Positions 27,211-37,898 are shown, numbered from the stretch's first letter. The stretch: DNA of 64,000 nt from an uncultured delta proteobacterium (GCA_963820625.1 CAWGAV010000020.1:138-64137), one strand, 5' to 3'. Notes: generated from the sequence alone by a model not told the origin. Translations and numbers: made by a program.

Positions 27211-28023
27211 CTATTTTGTTGATCGCAGGTCATATTCTGACACCTTAACAAATCTAAAACCACGCTTTTTTAATTCCGGGATGGCTTCAATCACCCCCTC
27301 TGCTGTGTCTCCTTCAGGATGGTTCATGTGCATCAATATAATGGACGAGGGAGGAGCATTCCATAACGCCTCCTCTACCTGCTTCTTTGAGTAGGTTGCA
27401 CCCGCATCCCCCCGAACACTAAAATTCACGACTTCAACCCCTAAGGCAGTGGCTATCGCAACACAGATTTCGTCGCAGTAGGATGTACCGGGCCGATAAT
27501 ATTTTGGTTTGTGACCGGTCAGGTTCAGAATTTTTGAGGCATTCAATTCTATTTCATCAAAAATTTCTCCCGCACTCTTTGTCCCTTCTATTCCGTAGAC
27601 AGAGCGACCAATGGCTGAACATGACTTATGGTCCAAACCATGATTTTCAATTTCAAACAGAGGGTTTTTCGACAATTTCTTGAAGATTTCTGCATTGGCA
27701 TCCATCCATCTGCCGCTGATAAATAAAGTGGCAGGTACTTTCTCGGTTTCCAGGTACTTGATCAACCTGGCGTCATAGCCTAAACTCCTTGGGCCACTGC
27801 AGGCGTCGAAAGTCAATGCCAAAACCTTCTGGTTTGTATTGAGTCTGGTTTTCACCCCTCTCACTGTTTCTCCCCATTCCTGCGGGGCCCTACCCCTGAA
27901 TGTTGAGATGATCCTTTCCTTCGTTTGCATTTCTTGGGGCCATCCTGAATCAATGCTCCAAGGGAAAAAGAGAAAAACAAGGATTAGAAATTTCGAAGAC
28001 ATTTTGTATTGATATCTATTCAT
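27211..28023 (-). CDS. polysaccharide deacetylase (NodB homology domain), secreted
   Basis: LALTFDACSG...TLFISGRW...FEIENHGLDH...ILMHMN. N-terminal signal peptide. Confidence 0.85.
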   Translation of the reverse strand: MNRYQYKMSSKFLILVFLFFPWSIDSGWPQEMQTKERIISTFRGRAPQEWGETVRGVKTRLNTNQKVLALTFDACSGPRSLGYDARLIKYLETEKVPATLFISGRWMDANAEIFKKLSKNPLFEIENHGLDHKSCSAIGRSVYGIEGTKSAGEIFDEIELNASKILNLTGHKPKYYRPGTSYCDEICVAIATALGVEVVNFSVRGDAGATYSKKQVEEALWNAPPSSIILMHMNHPEGDTAEGVIEAIPELKKRGFRFVKVSEYDLRSTK

Positions 28024-28423
28024 GTTCCTTTTTTAACCTAAAGCACCCCTGCGGTTCAATCTCCTTCACCTTTACCTTCTCCCCCAACGGGGGAAGGATG
28101 AGAGAGGAATGCAACATCAGGGTTGCCCCTTCGACTGTGCCAAACACTGCTTTTTTGTGCAGAGAGAAAGGCGTGCTCAGGGTCAATTCTGAGCCCTCAG
28201 CCTGAGACTTTGGCGTGAACTCAATCGAACACTCAGGGCAAAGGTACGCCCTGGTCTTTAGGTGGTGGAAGCCGGGGGGTTGACAATCCCATGGTGTTCG
28301 TTCTATTTTAAAAACACCGGGCTTAAGGGCCCGTTTCCTTTATCCCGACAGAGAAGATTATCTATTCGTTGGCCGGGATATCGCCCCATATGAGCATTAA
28401 ACTTAAGTATCCTATAGCTGCTC

Positions 28424-29242
28424 ATGGGGCTCCATAGGAGAGAGATGATCAAGATTGGTACAAGTGGTTTTTCCTTTCCGGATTGGAAGGGACCTGTTTA
28501 TCCTGTAGGCATCCAAGAAAGGGATATGTTACCCTTCTATGAGAAAGAACTGGGGTTTAATGTCGTGGAGGTCAATTTCACTTATTATACTCTCCCCTCT
28601 CAGAAGAGTCTGGCGGCAATGTCCCAAAAGACGTCCAATGGTTTTGAATTTGTTGTGAAGTCTTTTAAGGGGATGACCCATGAAATTTGGGATAAAGAGA
28701 CCGGTTCAAGGATTGATAATCAGGAGGCCTTCAAGAAATTTAAATATAGCCTTGTTCCCTTGATTGAAGAGAAGAAACTCGCTTGTGTCCTGGCGCAGTT
28801 TCCTTACGGATTCTTCCCCAATCGGGAAAATTTAGGTTATCTCCAAAGATTCAAGGAGGAGATAGCAGACATCCCGCTGGTTTTTGAGTTTCGAAACCAG
28901 GCCTGGCTGAAAGAACAAACCTTTCAGTTTCTGGAAAAAAATGGAATTGGATTTTGCATTGTAGACGAACCCAAACTGCCCCAATTAATGCCCTACCTTC
29001 CAAGGGCTACTTCCGAAATTGGTTATTTCCGATTTCATGGAAGAAATTCTAACTGGTTCAACGTTCCTACTTCTGTGAGGTATGACTACCTCTACAGTGA
29101 GAGAGAATTGAAAGAATTCATTCCGGACATCAAGGATATTTCTAAAAAGACGGCCAGGACTTTAATCTTTTTTAATAACTGTCATGCAGGCTCTGCGGCT
29201 AAAAACGCTGCCCAGATGGCCAAGCTGCTCATGGAGCAGTAG
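28424..29242 (+). CDS. DUF72 (UPF0759) family protein
   Basis: IKIGTSGFSFPDWKGPVYP...FYEKELGFNVVEVNFTYY...FEFRNQAW...FRFHGRN. Likely start at Met 28445. Confidence 0.8.
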   Translation: MGLHRREMIKIGTSGFSFPDWKGPVYPVGIQERDMLPFYEKELGFNVVEVNFTYYTLPSQKSLAAMSQKTSNGFEFVVKSFKGMTHEIWDKETGSRIDNQEAFKKFKYSLVPLIEEKKLACVLAQFPYGFFPNRENLGYLQRFKEEIADIPLVFEFRNQAWLKEQTFQFLEKNGIGFCIVDEPKLPQLMPYLPRATSEIGYFRFHGRNSNWFNVPTSVRYDYLYSERELKEFIPDIKDISKKTARTLIFFNNCHAGSAAKNAAQMAKLLMEQ

Positions 29243-29320
29243 TAATGAGTTCGGAGTTCAGAGTTCGGAGTGAAAAAATACTTCAAGGTAAAAAACTCCG
29301 AACTACGAACTCATCACTCC
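29242..29320. repeat. intergenic hairpin with GAGTTCGGAG / CTCCGAAC tandem arms
   Basis: gtaatgagttcggagttcagagttcggagtg ... aactccgaactacgaactcatcactcc. Confidence 0.65.
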
Positions 29321-29344
29321 AAACTTTAAAAAAGGGGAGGTTTT

Positions 29345-29722
29345 GTGATCGAGATCGATTTTAAAAAAGGGGATGGGCTCATTCCGGTCATCATCCAGGA
29401 TGCCTCAACCAATGAAGTCCTGATGTTAGGTTACATGAATCGAGCATCGTGGGAAAAGACGCTGGAAACGAAGAAGGCGTCCTTCTGGTCAAGGTCTCGC
29501 AAAAAAATTTGGGTCAAAGGAGAGACCTCAGGGAATTTTCAGGAAATTAAGGAAATTTATCTTGATTGTGATGGAGATACCCTTCTGCTCAAAGTGGATC
29601 AGATAGGAGGGGCGGCCTGCCATACGGGTTTTCGGAGCTGCTTCCATCAACGATTTAAAAAAGGGGAATGGAAGGTCTCGGGAAAGAGAATCTTTGACCC
29701 GAAGGAGGTATACGGAAAGTGA
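29345..29722 (+). CDS. hisI: phosphoribosyl-AMP cyclohydrolase
   Basis: [22 protein letters not shown]...[18 protein letters not shown]...[22 protein letters not shown]. Confidence 0.9.
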   Translation: MIEIDFKKGDGLIPVIIQDASTNEVLMLGYMNRASWEKTLETKKASFWSRSRKKIWVKGETSGNFQEIKEIYLDCDGDTLLLKVDQIGGAACHTGFRSCFHQRFKKGEWKVSGKRIFDPKEVYGK

Positions 29723-30591
29723 ACATGCTGAAGATTGGAATTCCGAAAGGAAGTCTGGAGAATGCCACCATTGAGCTTTTTAGGAAGTCGGGCTGGAAAA
29801 TCTCGGTGAGCTCTCGAAGTTATTTTCCCATCGTGGATGATGATGAGATCCGGTGCACCTTGGTCAGGGCCCAGGAGATGTCGAGGTTTGTGGAGATAGG
29901 GACCCTGGATATGGGGCTGACCGGGAAGGATTGGATTTTGGAAAATGGCTCTGACATCGTGGTCGTTCAGGATTTGATCTACTCCAAGACCAGCGCCTCT
30001 CCTGCGCGGTGGGTTTTGGTCGTAGCCGAAGATTCTCCCATCCATCAATTGAGGGATTTGGAAGGGAAAAAGATCTACACCGAACTCGTCAATTTCACCA
30101 AACGATACTTTGCCGAGCGAAGCATCAAAATCTATGTGGAGTTCTCTTGGGGGGCCACAGAGGGGAAGGTCATTGAAGGATTGTGCGATGCCGTGGTTGA
30201 AGTCACGGAGACCGGGAGCACGTTGCGGGCCAATAAACTCCGTATCGTTGAAGAACTCTTGCAGACCAATACCCAATTGATTGCCAATCGCGAATCCTAT
30301 CAAGATCCATGGAAAAGGGAAAAGATTGAGCAGATCTCGCTTCTTCTTCGGGGAGCCCTCCGAGCAGAGGGAATGGTTGGGCTCAAAATGAACGTCTCGG
30401 CCAATGACCTCAAGAGTGTGATTGAGATTCTTCCCAGCATCACCGCCCCCACGGTTTCTAATCTCTTCCAGACCGATTGGTTTTCTGTGGAGACCATTAT
30501 TTCTGAGAAGGTCGTCCGGGAACTCATTCCGAGATTGCAGAAACGAGGAGCAGTAGGGATCATCGAATATCCCCTCAACAAAGTCATCTGA
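29719..30591 (+). CDS. hisG: ATP phosphoribosyltransferase (long form)
   Basis: [23 protein letters not shown]...DLIYSKT...TGSTLRAN...C-terminal regulatory domain. Start is either GTG 29719 or ATG 29725. Confidence 0.9.
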   Translation: MNMLKIGIPKGSLENATIELFRKSGWKISVSSRSYFPIVDDDEIRCTLVRAQEMSRFVEIGTLDMGLTGKDWILENGSDIVVVQDLIYSKTSASPARWVLVVAEDSPIHQLRDLEGKKIYTELVNFTKRYFAERSIKIYVEFSWGATEGKVIEGLCDAVVEVTETGSTLRANKLRIVEELLQTNTQLIANRESYQDPWKREKIEQISLLLRGALRAEGMVGLKMNVSANDLKSVIEILPSITAPTVSNLFQTDWFSVETIISEKVVRELIPRLQKRGAVGIIEYPLNKVI

Positions 30592-30690
30592 GGTTAAGGT
30601 TTAGGCTAAGGGTGAGAAAAAACCTTAACCTTAACCTTAACCTTAACCTTAACCTTAACCTTAACCTTAACCTTAACCTTAACCTCAGCC
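30592..30690. repeat. near-perfect hexanucleotide microsatellite (AACCTT) x about 11 (30621-30685), preceded by a partly complementary arm (gaggttaaggtttaggctaagggtgag)
   Basis: Read directly. It lies between the convergent hisG and methyltransferase genes. Tracked ORFs 30584..30772 and 30606..30833 are its (RL)n/(KV)n translations. Confidence 0.9.
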
Positions 30691-31977
30691 TCAACCTTTT
30701 TGGAGTAAACTGACCACTTCCATGTGGAAGGTCTGGGGGAACATATCGATGAGGCCGAGCCTTTGGAGGCAATATCCCCTTTCAGAGAAGAGTCGGAGAT
30801 CCCGCGAGAAGGTGGTGGGTTCGCAAGAAACATAAATGATTTTTTGAGGTTTCAATCTGACCACCTGATCTAAGATCGTCTTGCACCCTGTCCTGGGAGG
30901 GTCGAGGATGATGAGATCAGGTTTTTTTCTTTTCCAACTCATCAAAACATCTTCTACCCTTCCTTGAATGAAATCGCAATTTCTGATCCCGTTTCTTTCT
31001 GCATTGAATCGGGCATCCTCTATGGCCATCCTATTCTCTTCGATCCCCAAGGCTTCCTTCGCCGAAGTGGCTAATGGGAGAGTTAGGTTTCCCACGCCGG
31101 CATAGAGGTCGAGGACCCTGGACTCCTTATTCACTTCTGAGAATTGAAGAACGGTTTGAATCAAAGTTTGATTCTGCCCCGGATTGACCTGAAAAAAACT
31201 CCCTGGTGAGATTCGAAACTTGAGATTTCTTTCTTCTCTCTCCTGACCCAAAGGGATTGTAAAGTTCAAAGAAGGGTCACCGGATAAATTTAATCCATCT
31301 TTTCTTGCTATAGCGATACCCCGTAGGATCGGTTGATTCTGAAGAAACTCTCTTGCGAAATACTCGATCCGTTGATCATATGAATGAGGATGAAATAAAA
31401 GCACCCCCCTCTCTTCCTCTTGGGACACATTGATCTCGATCTCTTCCATGGGTAATAAGGCGGCTAATGCCTCTCGAAGTTTTCGGATGATCTGATTCAC
31501 CAGAGGATGTGAGATGGGACAGTGATCGATATCCACAATTTGATGGGACCTTTCTTGGTGGTAGCCCATCGCTTTTCCCTTCACCTTCAGTTGTATCCTA
31601 ACTCGATAGTCATAAGGTTTAGGCGAAGAGGTTACGCTGATGAAAGGGATTTCCTTCAGCCTCCCTATTCTTTGAAGGATCCCCCCTAAAATTTCTTTTT
31701 TTAATTCTCCATGAGTCGAATAGTCGATGTGTTGCCACTGGCAGCCACCACAACTCCCAAAGTATGGACAGGGAGGATTTACTCTCCAAGGAGATGGTTC
31801 GACGACCTGGATTAACCTTCCCATCGAGTATTTCTTCTTCTCTTCTGTCATCTCAATCCATGCCTCATCGCCGGTCACGGTATAGGGGATGAAGACCACT
31901 TTGCCACGGATCCGACCCACTCCATATCCTTTAAAAGCTACGGAATCAATATGGACCTTAACTTTTCCCATTATCAT
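30691..31977 (-). CDS. 23S rRNA (uracil-5)-methyltransferase, RumA/RlmD family
   Basis: N-terminal TRAM-like domain, 4Fe-4S Cys motif CPYFGSCGGCQWQH, and SAM motif VLDLYAGVGNLTLPLA. The C-terminal residues may be repeat-derived. Confidence 0.8.
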   Translation of the reverse strand: MIMGKVKVHIDSVAFKGYGVGRIRGKVVFIPYTVTGDEAWIEMTEEKKKYSMGRLIQVVEPSPWRVNPPCPYFGSCGGCQWQHIDYSTHGELKKEILGGILQRIGRLKEIPFISVTSSPKPYDYRVRIQLKVKGKAMGYHQERSHQIVDIDHCPISHPLVNQIIRKLREALAALLPMEEIEINVSQEEERGVLLFHPHSYDQRIEYFAREFLQNQPILRGIAIARKDGLNLSGDPSLNFTIPLGQEREERNLKFRISPGSFFQVNPGQNQTLIQTVLQFSEVNKESRVLDLYAGVGNLTLPLATSAKEALGIEENRMAIEDARFNAERNGIRNCDFIQGRVEDVLMSWKRKKPDLIILDPPRTGCKTILDQVVRLKPQKIIYVSCEPTTFSRDLRLFSERGYCLQRLGLIDMFPQTFHMEVVSLLQKG

Positions 31978-32105
31978 TTAAAAATAGCATGGAGGGGAGC
32001 GAGATTCAATGGATTCAAGGAGGGGAGGATGGGGCAGAATGGATTGACATCTTATTATGATTTTGTTAATTTTAATCACTTATATAGAGAGGATGACCGG
32101 AGAGG

Positions 32106-32960
32106 ATGACCTGGTTTAAAAAAGGTGAAGAAGAGAAAGAGGGGAAAGAGAAACGAGAGGAGTTGAAACCCTCTGACCAGCTTTGGGTGAAATGCAACTC
32201 TTGCAATGAGATTATCTATCGGAAGGTCATCGAACGGAATCTTCAAGTTTGCCCCAAGTGCAACTACCATTTTCAGATCCCTGCTCGGAGGAGAATCGAT
32301 TGTGTCGCTGACCCTGGGACCTTCATCGAATATGATGCGGGCCTCATCTCTGCCGATCCTTTAGAGTTCAAGGATTCGAAACGATATCCCTCTCGAGTCA
32401 AAGAATCCCAGGAAAAGACCGGACTGAAGGATGCCATCATCTGCGGAGAGGTGAGGATTGAAGGGCAGCCAGCGATGATTGGCATTTTCGAATTTAATTT
32501 TATGGGCGGAAGTTTGGGATCGGTGGTGGGAGAGAAGATCACTCGTCTGATTGAAAGAGCCATTGAAAAGAAAATCGGTGTGGTGATCTTCTGCGCCTCG
32601 GGTGGAGCGAGGATGCAGGAAGGTATTCTCTCCTTGATGCAGATGGCCAAAACCAGTGCAGCCCTGGCTAAACTTCAGCAGGCAAGAATTCCCTATATCT
32701 CGGTGTTGACCGATCCCACCACAGGTGGCGTTTCCGCCAGCATCGCTATGTTGGGTGATATCATCATTGCTGAACCAAAGGCGATGATCGGATTTGCAGG
32801 GCCCAGGGTGATAAGAGATACGATTCGGACAGAGCTCCCGGAGGGATTCCAGCGGGCGGAATATCTTCTCGAACACGGGATGGTTGACCTCATTGTGGAG
32901 CGTAAGGATCTCCAACACACTCTTGCCTCCCTATTAGAAATGCTTAAAACAGAGGGTTAA
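32106..32960 (+). CDS. accD: acetyl-CoA carboxylase carboxyltransferase beta subunit
   Basis: Zinc ribbon CNSCNEIIY...CPKCNYH and the carboxyltransferase domain (GGSLGSVVGEKITR...SGGARMQEG). Confidence 0.9.
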   Translation: MTWFKKGEEEKEGKEKREELKPSDQLWVKCNSCNEIIYRKVIERNLQVCPKCNYHFQIPARRRIDCVADPGTFIEYDAGLISADPLEFKDSKRYPSRVKESQEKTGLKDAIICGEVRIEGQPAMIGIFEFNFMGGSLGSVVGEKITRLIERAIEKKIGVVIFCASGGARMQEGILSLMQMAKTSAALAKLQQARIPYISVLTDPTTGGVSASIAMLGDIIIAEPKAMIGFAGPRVIRDTIRTELPEGFQRAEYLLEHGMVDLIVERKDLQHTLASLLEMLKTEG

Positions 32961-32976
32961 GAGAGAGATTCGATCC

Positions 32977-34269
32977 ATGGGACAAGACCCTTATCAGCAG
33001 TCGCTGGACTATCTTTACCGTCTCGAAAAGTTCGGAATGATCTTTGGACTGACTCAAGTGGAGAAAATCCTCAACGCCATTGGAAATCCCCACAAAGAAA
33101 TTCAGGCCATCCATATCGGGGGGACAAACGGGAAAGGGTCCACGGCGGCAATGATGAGTTCGATCCTGCAGAAAGAGGGCTACCGGGTAGGCCTATACAC
33201 TTCTCCCCATCTCATTCGATTTACTGAAAGGATCAAGGTGAACGGGAAGGAGATCGAGAAAGAAGAGGTGGCCGCCCTGGTAGGATGGATGAGAAAGGAG
33301 ATAGAGGCGGCAGGCATCACCCCTCCCTTCACCTTTTTCGATTTTACCACTGCTATGGCGCTTCACTATTTTAAGCAGAAGTTGGTGGATCTCGCCATTC
33401 TAGAGGTTGGGCTGGGAGGAAGACTCGATTCGACCAATGTGGTTGATCCACTGATCTCCATCATCACCAATATCGCCAAAGACCATGAGGACTATCTGGG
33501 CAGAAGTATCTTGAAGATTGCCAGAGAGAAGGCGGGCATTATTAAGAAGGGAAGGCCCTTGATCACGGCTGCCACGCAACCTCAGGTGCTTCGCCTCTTT
33601 TCAAAGGTCTGTCAAGAAAAAGGCTCCCCCTATTATCGCGTTGGGAAAGATTTTCTATATGTCCGGGCAGAAGATAGGGATTTCGATTATGAAGGTCTCA
33701 ATCGAAAGTTGTGGGGTATTCATCTCAATCTCAAAGGATTTCATCAGGTCATCAATGCGACCACGGCACTTGGTGCGATGGAGGTTTTAGAAGATTTGGG
33801 GTATTGCGTCTCCACGGAGGCGATGGTCGAAGGGGTGAGGGAGGTGGATTGGCCAGGAAGATTGGAGATGGTTTCATCTTCTCCCGGGGTGATCCTCGAC
33901 GGCGCTCACAATCCAGCCGGAGCCTTTGTCCTGAAGGAGTCATTGGAGAAAGAATTCCAATACCAGCATCTCATCCTTCTCATTGGAATCATGAAGGATA
34001 AAGACATCCGGTCCATGCTTCATCTCCTCGCTCCCCTGGCTGATCACATCATCCTCACCAAACCTCATACGGACCGCGCCACTCCTCCCGTGTTGCTCAA
34101 AAAGGCATTGGGACAGAATGGGAAAAAAGCGGAGATTGCAGAAGATCTCAAAGAGGCGATTGAGAGAGGTCTCTCCCTGACCCAAAAAGAAGACCTCCTC
34201 TGCATTACGGGGTCCCTCTATACCGTTGGAGAAGCCAGAGCCTATTTCCAATCCAAGGGAGGATCATGA
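32977..34269 (+). CDS. folC: folylpolyglutamate synthase / dihydrofolate synthase
   Basis: HIGGTNGKGST P-loop, Mur-ligase-type middle domain (EVGLGGRLDSTN) and C-terminal DGAHNP. Confidence 0.9.
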   Translation: MGQDPYQQSLDYLYRLEKFGMIFGLTQVEKILNAIGNPHKEIQAIHIGGTNGKGSTAAMMSSILQKEGYRVGLYTSPHLIRFTERIKVNGKEIEKEEVAALVGWMRKEIEAAGITPPFTFFDFTTAMALHYFKQKLVDLAILEVGLGGRLDSTNVVDPLISIITNIAKDHEDYLGRSILKIAREKAGIIKKGRPLITAATQPQVLRLFSKVCQEKGSPYYRVGKDFLYVRAEDRDFDYEGLNRKLWGIHLNLKGFHQVINATTALGAMEVLEDLGYCVSTEAMVEGVREVDWPGRLEMVSSSPGVILDGAHNPAGAFVLKESLEKEFQYQHLILLIGIMKDKDIRSMLHLLAPLADHIILTKPHTDRATPPVLLKKALGQNGKKAEIAEDLKEAIERGLSLTQKEDLLCITGSLYTVGEARAYFQSKGGS

Positions 34270-36428
34270 GATATCACCGGTTCATTCTGAGTTTCTTCTT
34301 TCTTCTTTTCATCGTCGCCTATTTCTCTCCTCTTCATGCGAAGGTGGGGGAGGGGATCGCGCCGAAAGAGATGAAAGAAGAAGGACCTGTGGACATTGAG
34401 GCCGATGAGCTCATCTACGAAAGGGAGACCCAAACCTATGAGGCCCATGGACAAGTAGAAGTGAATCGAGGAAATTTCTCTCTTAAGGCAGATCATGCCC
34501 AATTGAATATGGCGACCAAGGAATTGGTGGCGTGGGGAAACGTTTTATTAAGAGAGGGAGAAGATGTCATTGAATGTCAACGCCTGGAAGTCAATCTAGA
34601 GACCCGATTAGGAAAGATTCATCAGGCCAAGCTCTTTATCAAGGATCAGAATTTCCATATCACTGGCCAAGAGGCGGAGAAATTAGGGGAGAACCATTAT
34701 CGTATACGAGATGGTTCATTGACGACCTGCGATGCGAAACGGCCACCCTGGAAATTTACGGTGAAGGAATTGGAAGTGAAAGAGATGGCTTTGGGAGGAT
34801 GGGGAATTGCCAAAGGGCCCATCTTCTACCTTGAGGATATTCCGGTTCTCTATTTCCCTTGGGGTGCTTTTCCTGTGAGGCAGGAAAGGCAAACGGGTTT
34901 TCTCATCCCCCAGGCGGGATATTCCAATCAGTATGGTCCTGAATTTAAGACCGGTTTTTATTGGGCGTTTGCAAAAAATATGGATGCCACTTTTTATTTT
35001 GATTGGTTGGGAGACAGAGGATTGAAAGAAGGCCTGGAGTATCGCTATGCCTTCACCCAAGAGACAAAGGGAAAGGCCAACTTCTACTTCATCGATGACC
35101 AGGTCCTCCATAAGAATCGTTATGCCTTCTTCATCGAACACCAACAGAAGTTACCCTATGATTTTTATCTCAAAGGGGATATCAATCATGTGAGCGATCA
35201 TAAATACCTTAAAGATTTTGATGAAGACCTCCCGGAAGGAGCAAAGATTGATTCAAGGAGCTCAAGACAATTGAGATCGGTTCTTTTCGGCGGAAAAAAC
35301 TGGGATCAATTTAGTCTCGTAGCCCAGAGCGCCGTGTACGATGATCTGACCAAGGAGAGCAACGACGAAACCGTTCAGAAGCTTCCGCAGATCCAGTTTT
35401 ATGCACATCCCCAATCCCTGTTTAAAACTCCTTTTTTCTTCGACCTGGCTTCCTCCTATACCAATTTTTGGCGCGAGAAGGGTGTTGAGGCGTACCGGGG
35501 AGACCTCTTCCCAAGAATTTCCTATCCCATGAGGCTTTTCAACGTATTGAAGTTTGAATCGGATGTCGCGCTGAGAGAGACCTTCTACCGGTCCTTCAAT
35601 GATCCTACCGGCAAATTCCAGGGGTGGAAATCGAGAGAGATCCTTGAGGCAAACATGGAGATATCGACCGAATTTTACCGGGTCTACGACGGGGAGATGG
35701 TTTCGAAGATCTCCAACCTTTATAAAGTGGCCAAATGGATGCACACGATTGAACCCACGATCAGCTACAGCTACAACCCTCGGGTAAATCAGAACAGCCT
35801 CCCCATCTTCGATGAGGTAGACCGAATTCCCTATACCAATCAAATCACCTATGGGGTTACCCAACGCCTGGTGGGAAAGGCGGAGGGGACTTCTTCCAGC
35901 GCCATAGAATATGCAAAGTTAAAAATTTTTCAGAATTACAGTCTAGGGGATCCTTTTCTGGATTCAGAAGGGAAGGAGCGATCCTTTTCCAATATCCAGT
36001 CAGAACTCTGGTGGAATTTCGGACCTTACGTCTCAGCCCACTGGGATTCCGAGTTCAACCCTTATCGGGGCACTTTTGATATTTTCAATGCGGGCCTTTA
36101 CCTGAAAGACAAGAGGAATGATGTCTTTTACGTGGACTATCGGTTCACCCGGGACAATGTGAGAGAGATTAATCTGAATACCCGGATCAAAACAGTTCCT
36201 TCTTTATACCTTTATGGTTCCATGCACTATAGTCTTAAGGACCACTGGATGGTGGAAAGCATTTACGGGGCGGAATACCAGACCCAATGCTGGTCAGTGG
36301 GGCTGACCATCGAAAATCTCGGTCGATCTCCGGACGGCACTCAGAAAAAGGAACTGAAATACCAGATCAATTTTAATTTGCTGAATATTGGTTCGGTGGG
36401 ACACAAACCCTATTTTATGAGTTTATAG
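34266..36428 (+). CDS. lptD: LPS-assembly outer-membrane protein LptD (OstA family)
   Basis: Signal peptide, N-terminal OstA-like domain (IEADELIYERETQTYEAHGQVEV), and a large beta-barrel-like Tyr/Phe-rich C-terminal region. Confidence 0.8.
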   Translation: MRYHRFILSFFFLLFIVAYFSPLHAKVGEGIAPKEMKEEGPVDIEADELIYERETQTYEAHGQVEVNRGNFSLKADHAQLNMATKELVAWGNVLLREGEDVIECQRLEVNLETRLGKIHQAKLFIKDQNFHITGQEAEKLGENHYRIRDGSLTTCDAKRPPWKFTVKELEVKEMALGGWGIAKGPIFYLEDIPVLYFPWGAFPVRQERQTGFLIPQAGYSNQYGPEFKTGFYWAFAKNMDATFYFDWLGDRGLKEGLEYRYAFTQETKGKANFYFIDDQVLHKNRYAFFIEHQQKLPYDFYLKGDINHVSDHKYLKDFDEDLPEGAKIDSRSSRQLRSVLFGGKNWDQFSLVAQSAVYDDLTKESNDETVQKLPQIQFYAHPQSLFKTPFFFDLASSYTNFWREKGVEAYRGDLFPRISYPMRLFNVLKFESDVALRETFYRSFNDPTGKFQGWKSREILEANMEISTEFYRVYDGEMVSKISNLYKVAKWMHTIEPTISYSYNPRVNQNSLPIFDEVDRIPYTNQITYGVTQRLVGKAEGTSSSAIEYAKLKIFQNYSLGDPFLDSEGKERSFSNIQSELWWNFGPYVSAHWDSEFNPYRGTFDIFNAGLYLKDKRNDVFYVDYRFTRDNVREINLNTRIKTVPSLYLYGSMHYSLKDHWMVESIYGAEYQTQCWSVGLTIENLGRSPDGTQKKELKYQINFNLLNIGSVGHKPYFMSL

Positions 36429-36452
36429 TTAACATCCCAGGAGGAGTAAAAA

Positions 36453-37181
36453 ATGAAAGGAGTGATTTTGGCGGGAGGTTTAGGAACTCGACTCCACCCA
36501 TTGACAAAGGTGACCAACAAGCACCTTCTTCCTGTCTACGATAAACCGATGATTTATTATCCGATTCAGACCCTGATTAATGCTGGCATCGATGACATCC
36601 TGATTGTCACGGGCGGAAACAATGCCGGAGATTTTTTAAGGTTGTTGGGAAATGGAAAGGAGTTCGGGCTCAAACATATCAACTACACCTACCAAGAAGG
36701 AGAAGGTGGCATTGCGGAAGCCCTTAGGTTGGCAGAGTTCTTCGCTTCAGGGGAGAAGATCTGTGTGGTATTAGGAGACAACATCATTGAGAAAAACATT
36801 CAAAAGGCAGTAGAAAATTTTCGAAAACAAAAAGAAGGTGCCAAGATATTGTTAAAAGAAGTCCCTGATCCAAAGCGGTTTGGAGTCCCCGAGTTGAAGG
36901 GAGATCGGATCGTCCGGATTGAAGAGAAGCCCAAGGAACCCAAATCCCAATATGCCGTGATCGGAATCTATCTTTTTGATCAAGAGGTTTTTAACATCAT
37001 CAAGACCCTCAAGCCCTCTGACCGAGGGGAATTAGAGATCACCGATGTGAACAATCGGTATATTGAAAAAGGGCTGATGACCTGGGATATTTTAAAAGGG
37101 TGGTGGACCGATGCAGGGACTTTTGAGTCCTTGCTTCGCGCAAACCAATTGGTTTCCAAAACAGGTTCCAATAACCTTTAA
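36453..37181 (+). CDS. rfbA: glucose-1-phosphate thymidylyltransferase-type sugar nucleotidyltransferase (short form)
   Basis: MKGVILAGGLGTRLHPLTKVTNKHLLPVYDKPMIYYP. Lies in the dTDP-rhamnose gene cluster. Confidence 0.8.
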   Translation: MKGVILAGGLGTRLHPLTKVTNKHLLPVYDKPMIYYPIQTLINAGIDDILIVTGGNNAGDFLRLLGNGKEFGLKHINYTYQEGEGGIAEALRLAEFFASGEKICVVLGDNIIEKNIQKAVENFRKQKEGAKILLKEVPDPKRFGVPELKGDRIVRIEEKPKEPKSQYAVIGIYLFDQEVFNIIKTLKPSDRGELEITDVNNRYIEKGLMTWDILKGWWTDAGTFESLLRANQLVSKTGSNNL

Positions 37182-37184
37182 TTA

Positions 37185-37440
37185 TTAAAATTCGAAGCAC
37201 GAAATCCCTGCCTGCGCCGAGGCTTCGGTAGGCAGGCGAATTTCGAAACAAGCACGAATTTCCAAAATACAAATGGCCTAAACAAAATCTTTTTGAATTT
37301 TGATATTTGGATTTGGGATTTGTTTCGGATTGATTCCTTCGGAATGCTTCGCGCGATATTCGGATTTCGGATTTTAAGGATGTTTGTTGATTCCGATGAT
37401 GTTGGACTAAGAAAGAGACGATAAGTCTACCGGAGGGGAG
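37185..37440. repeat. cluster of tandem-oligomer hairpins plus a cctgcctgc...gcaggcagg-type palindrome
   Basis: cgaagcacgaaatccctgcctgcgccgaggcttcggtaggcaggcgaatttcgaaac... and tttggatttgggatttgtttcggatt...ttcggatttcggatttt. Confidence 0.6.
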
Positions 37441-37442
37441 CG

Positions 37443-37898
37443 ATGATACACGGGGTGAGGACGAAATTATTGAGGGTGATCCCGGATGAACGGGGAAGGG
37501 TGATGGAGATCCTCAGGGCGGATGATGACCTGTTTCTGAAGTTCGGCCAGGTGTATATCACTACCACCTATCCCCAAGTGGTGAAGGCTTGGCACTACCA
37601 TAAGGTCCAAACCGATCACATCTGTGCCATCGAAGGGATGATCAAACTGGTCCTTTATGATCCGCGAGAAGGTTCTCCGACCAAAGGGGAGATTAACGAG
37701 TTCTTCATTGGAATCCACAACCCTCTGCTGGTTCAAGTGCCCAATGGGATCTATCATGGATGGAAATGCATCAGCGAGGAGGAAGCAATCATACTCAACG
37801 TTCCAACGGAGGTCTACGTTTACGTCGGACCAGATGAATACCGCCTTCCACCCCATGGGAGGGATGTTCCTTATGATTGGTCAAGAAAGGATGGATAA
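37443..37898 (+). CDS. rfbC: dTDP-4-dehydrorhamnose 3,5-epimerase-family cupin
   Basis: 151 aa, RmlC-like cupin pattern (DERGRVMEI...QVYITTTYPQVVKAWHYH...GIYHGW). Cluster context supports it. Confidence 0.7.
   Translation: MIHGVRTKLLRVIPDERGRVMEILRADDDLFLKFGQVYITTTYPQVVKAWHYHKVQTDHICAIEGMIKLVLYDPREGSPTKGEINEFFIGIHNPLLVQVPNGIYHGWKCISEEEAIILNVPTEVYVYVGPDEYRLPPHGRDVPYDWSRKDG

Noticed and set aside
28040-28420. Possible riboswitch or ncRNA in the 380-nt gap upstream of the DUF72 gene
   Set aside because: No riboswitch core I know is present (B12 box, SAM, TPP, FMN, glycine, c-di-GMP). The region reads as degenerate fragments of REP-type repeats, such as ccttctcccccaacgggggaagg and ctcagggtcaattctgagccctcagcctgag.
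30584-30833. ORFs 30584..30772 and 30606..30833 encoding (RL)n and (KV)n proteins
   Set aside because: They are mechanical translations of the (AACCTT)n microsatellite between two convergent genes. They have no start context and overlap the real methyltransferase gene.
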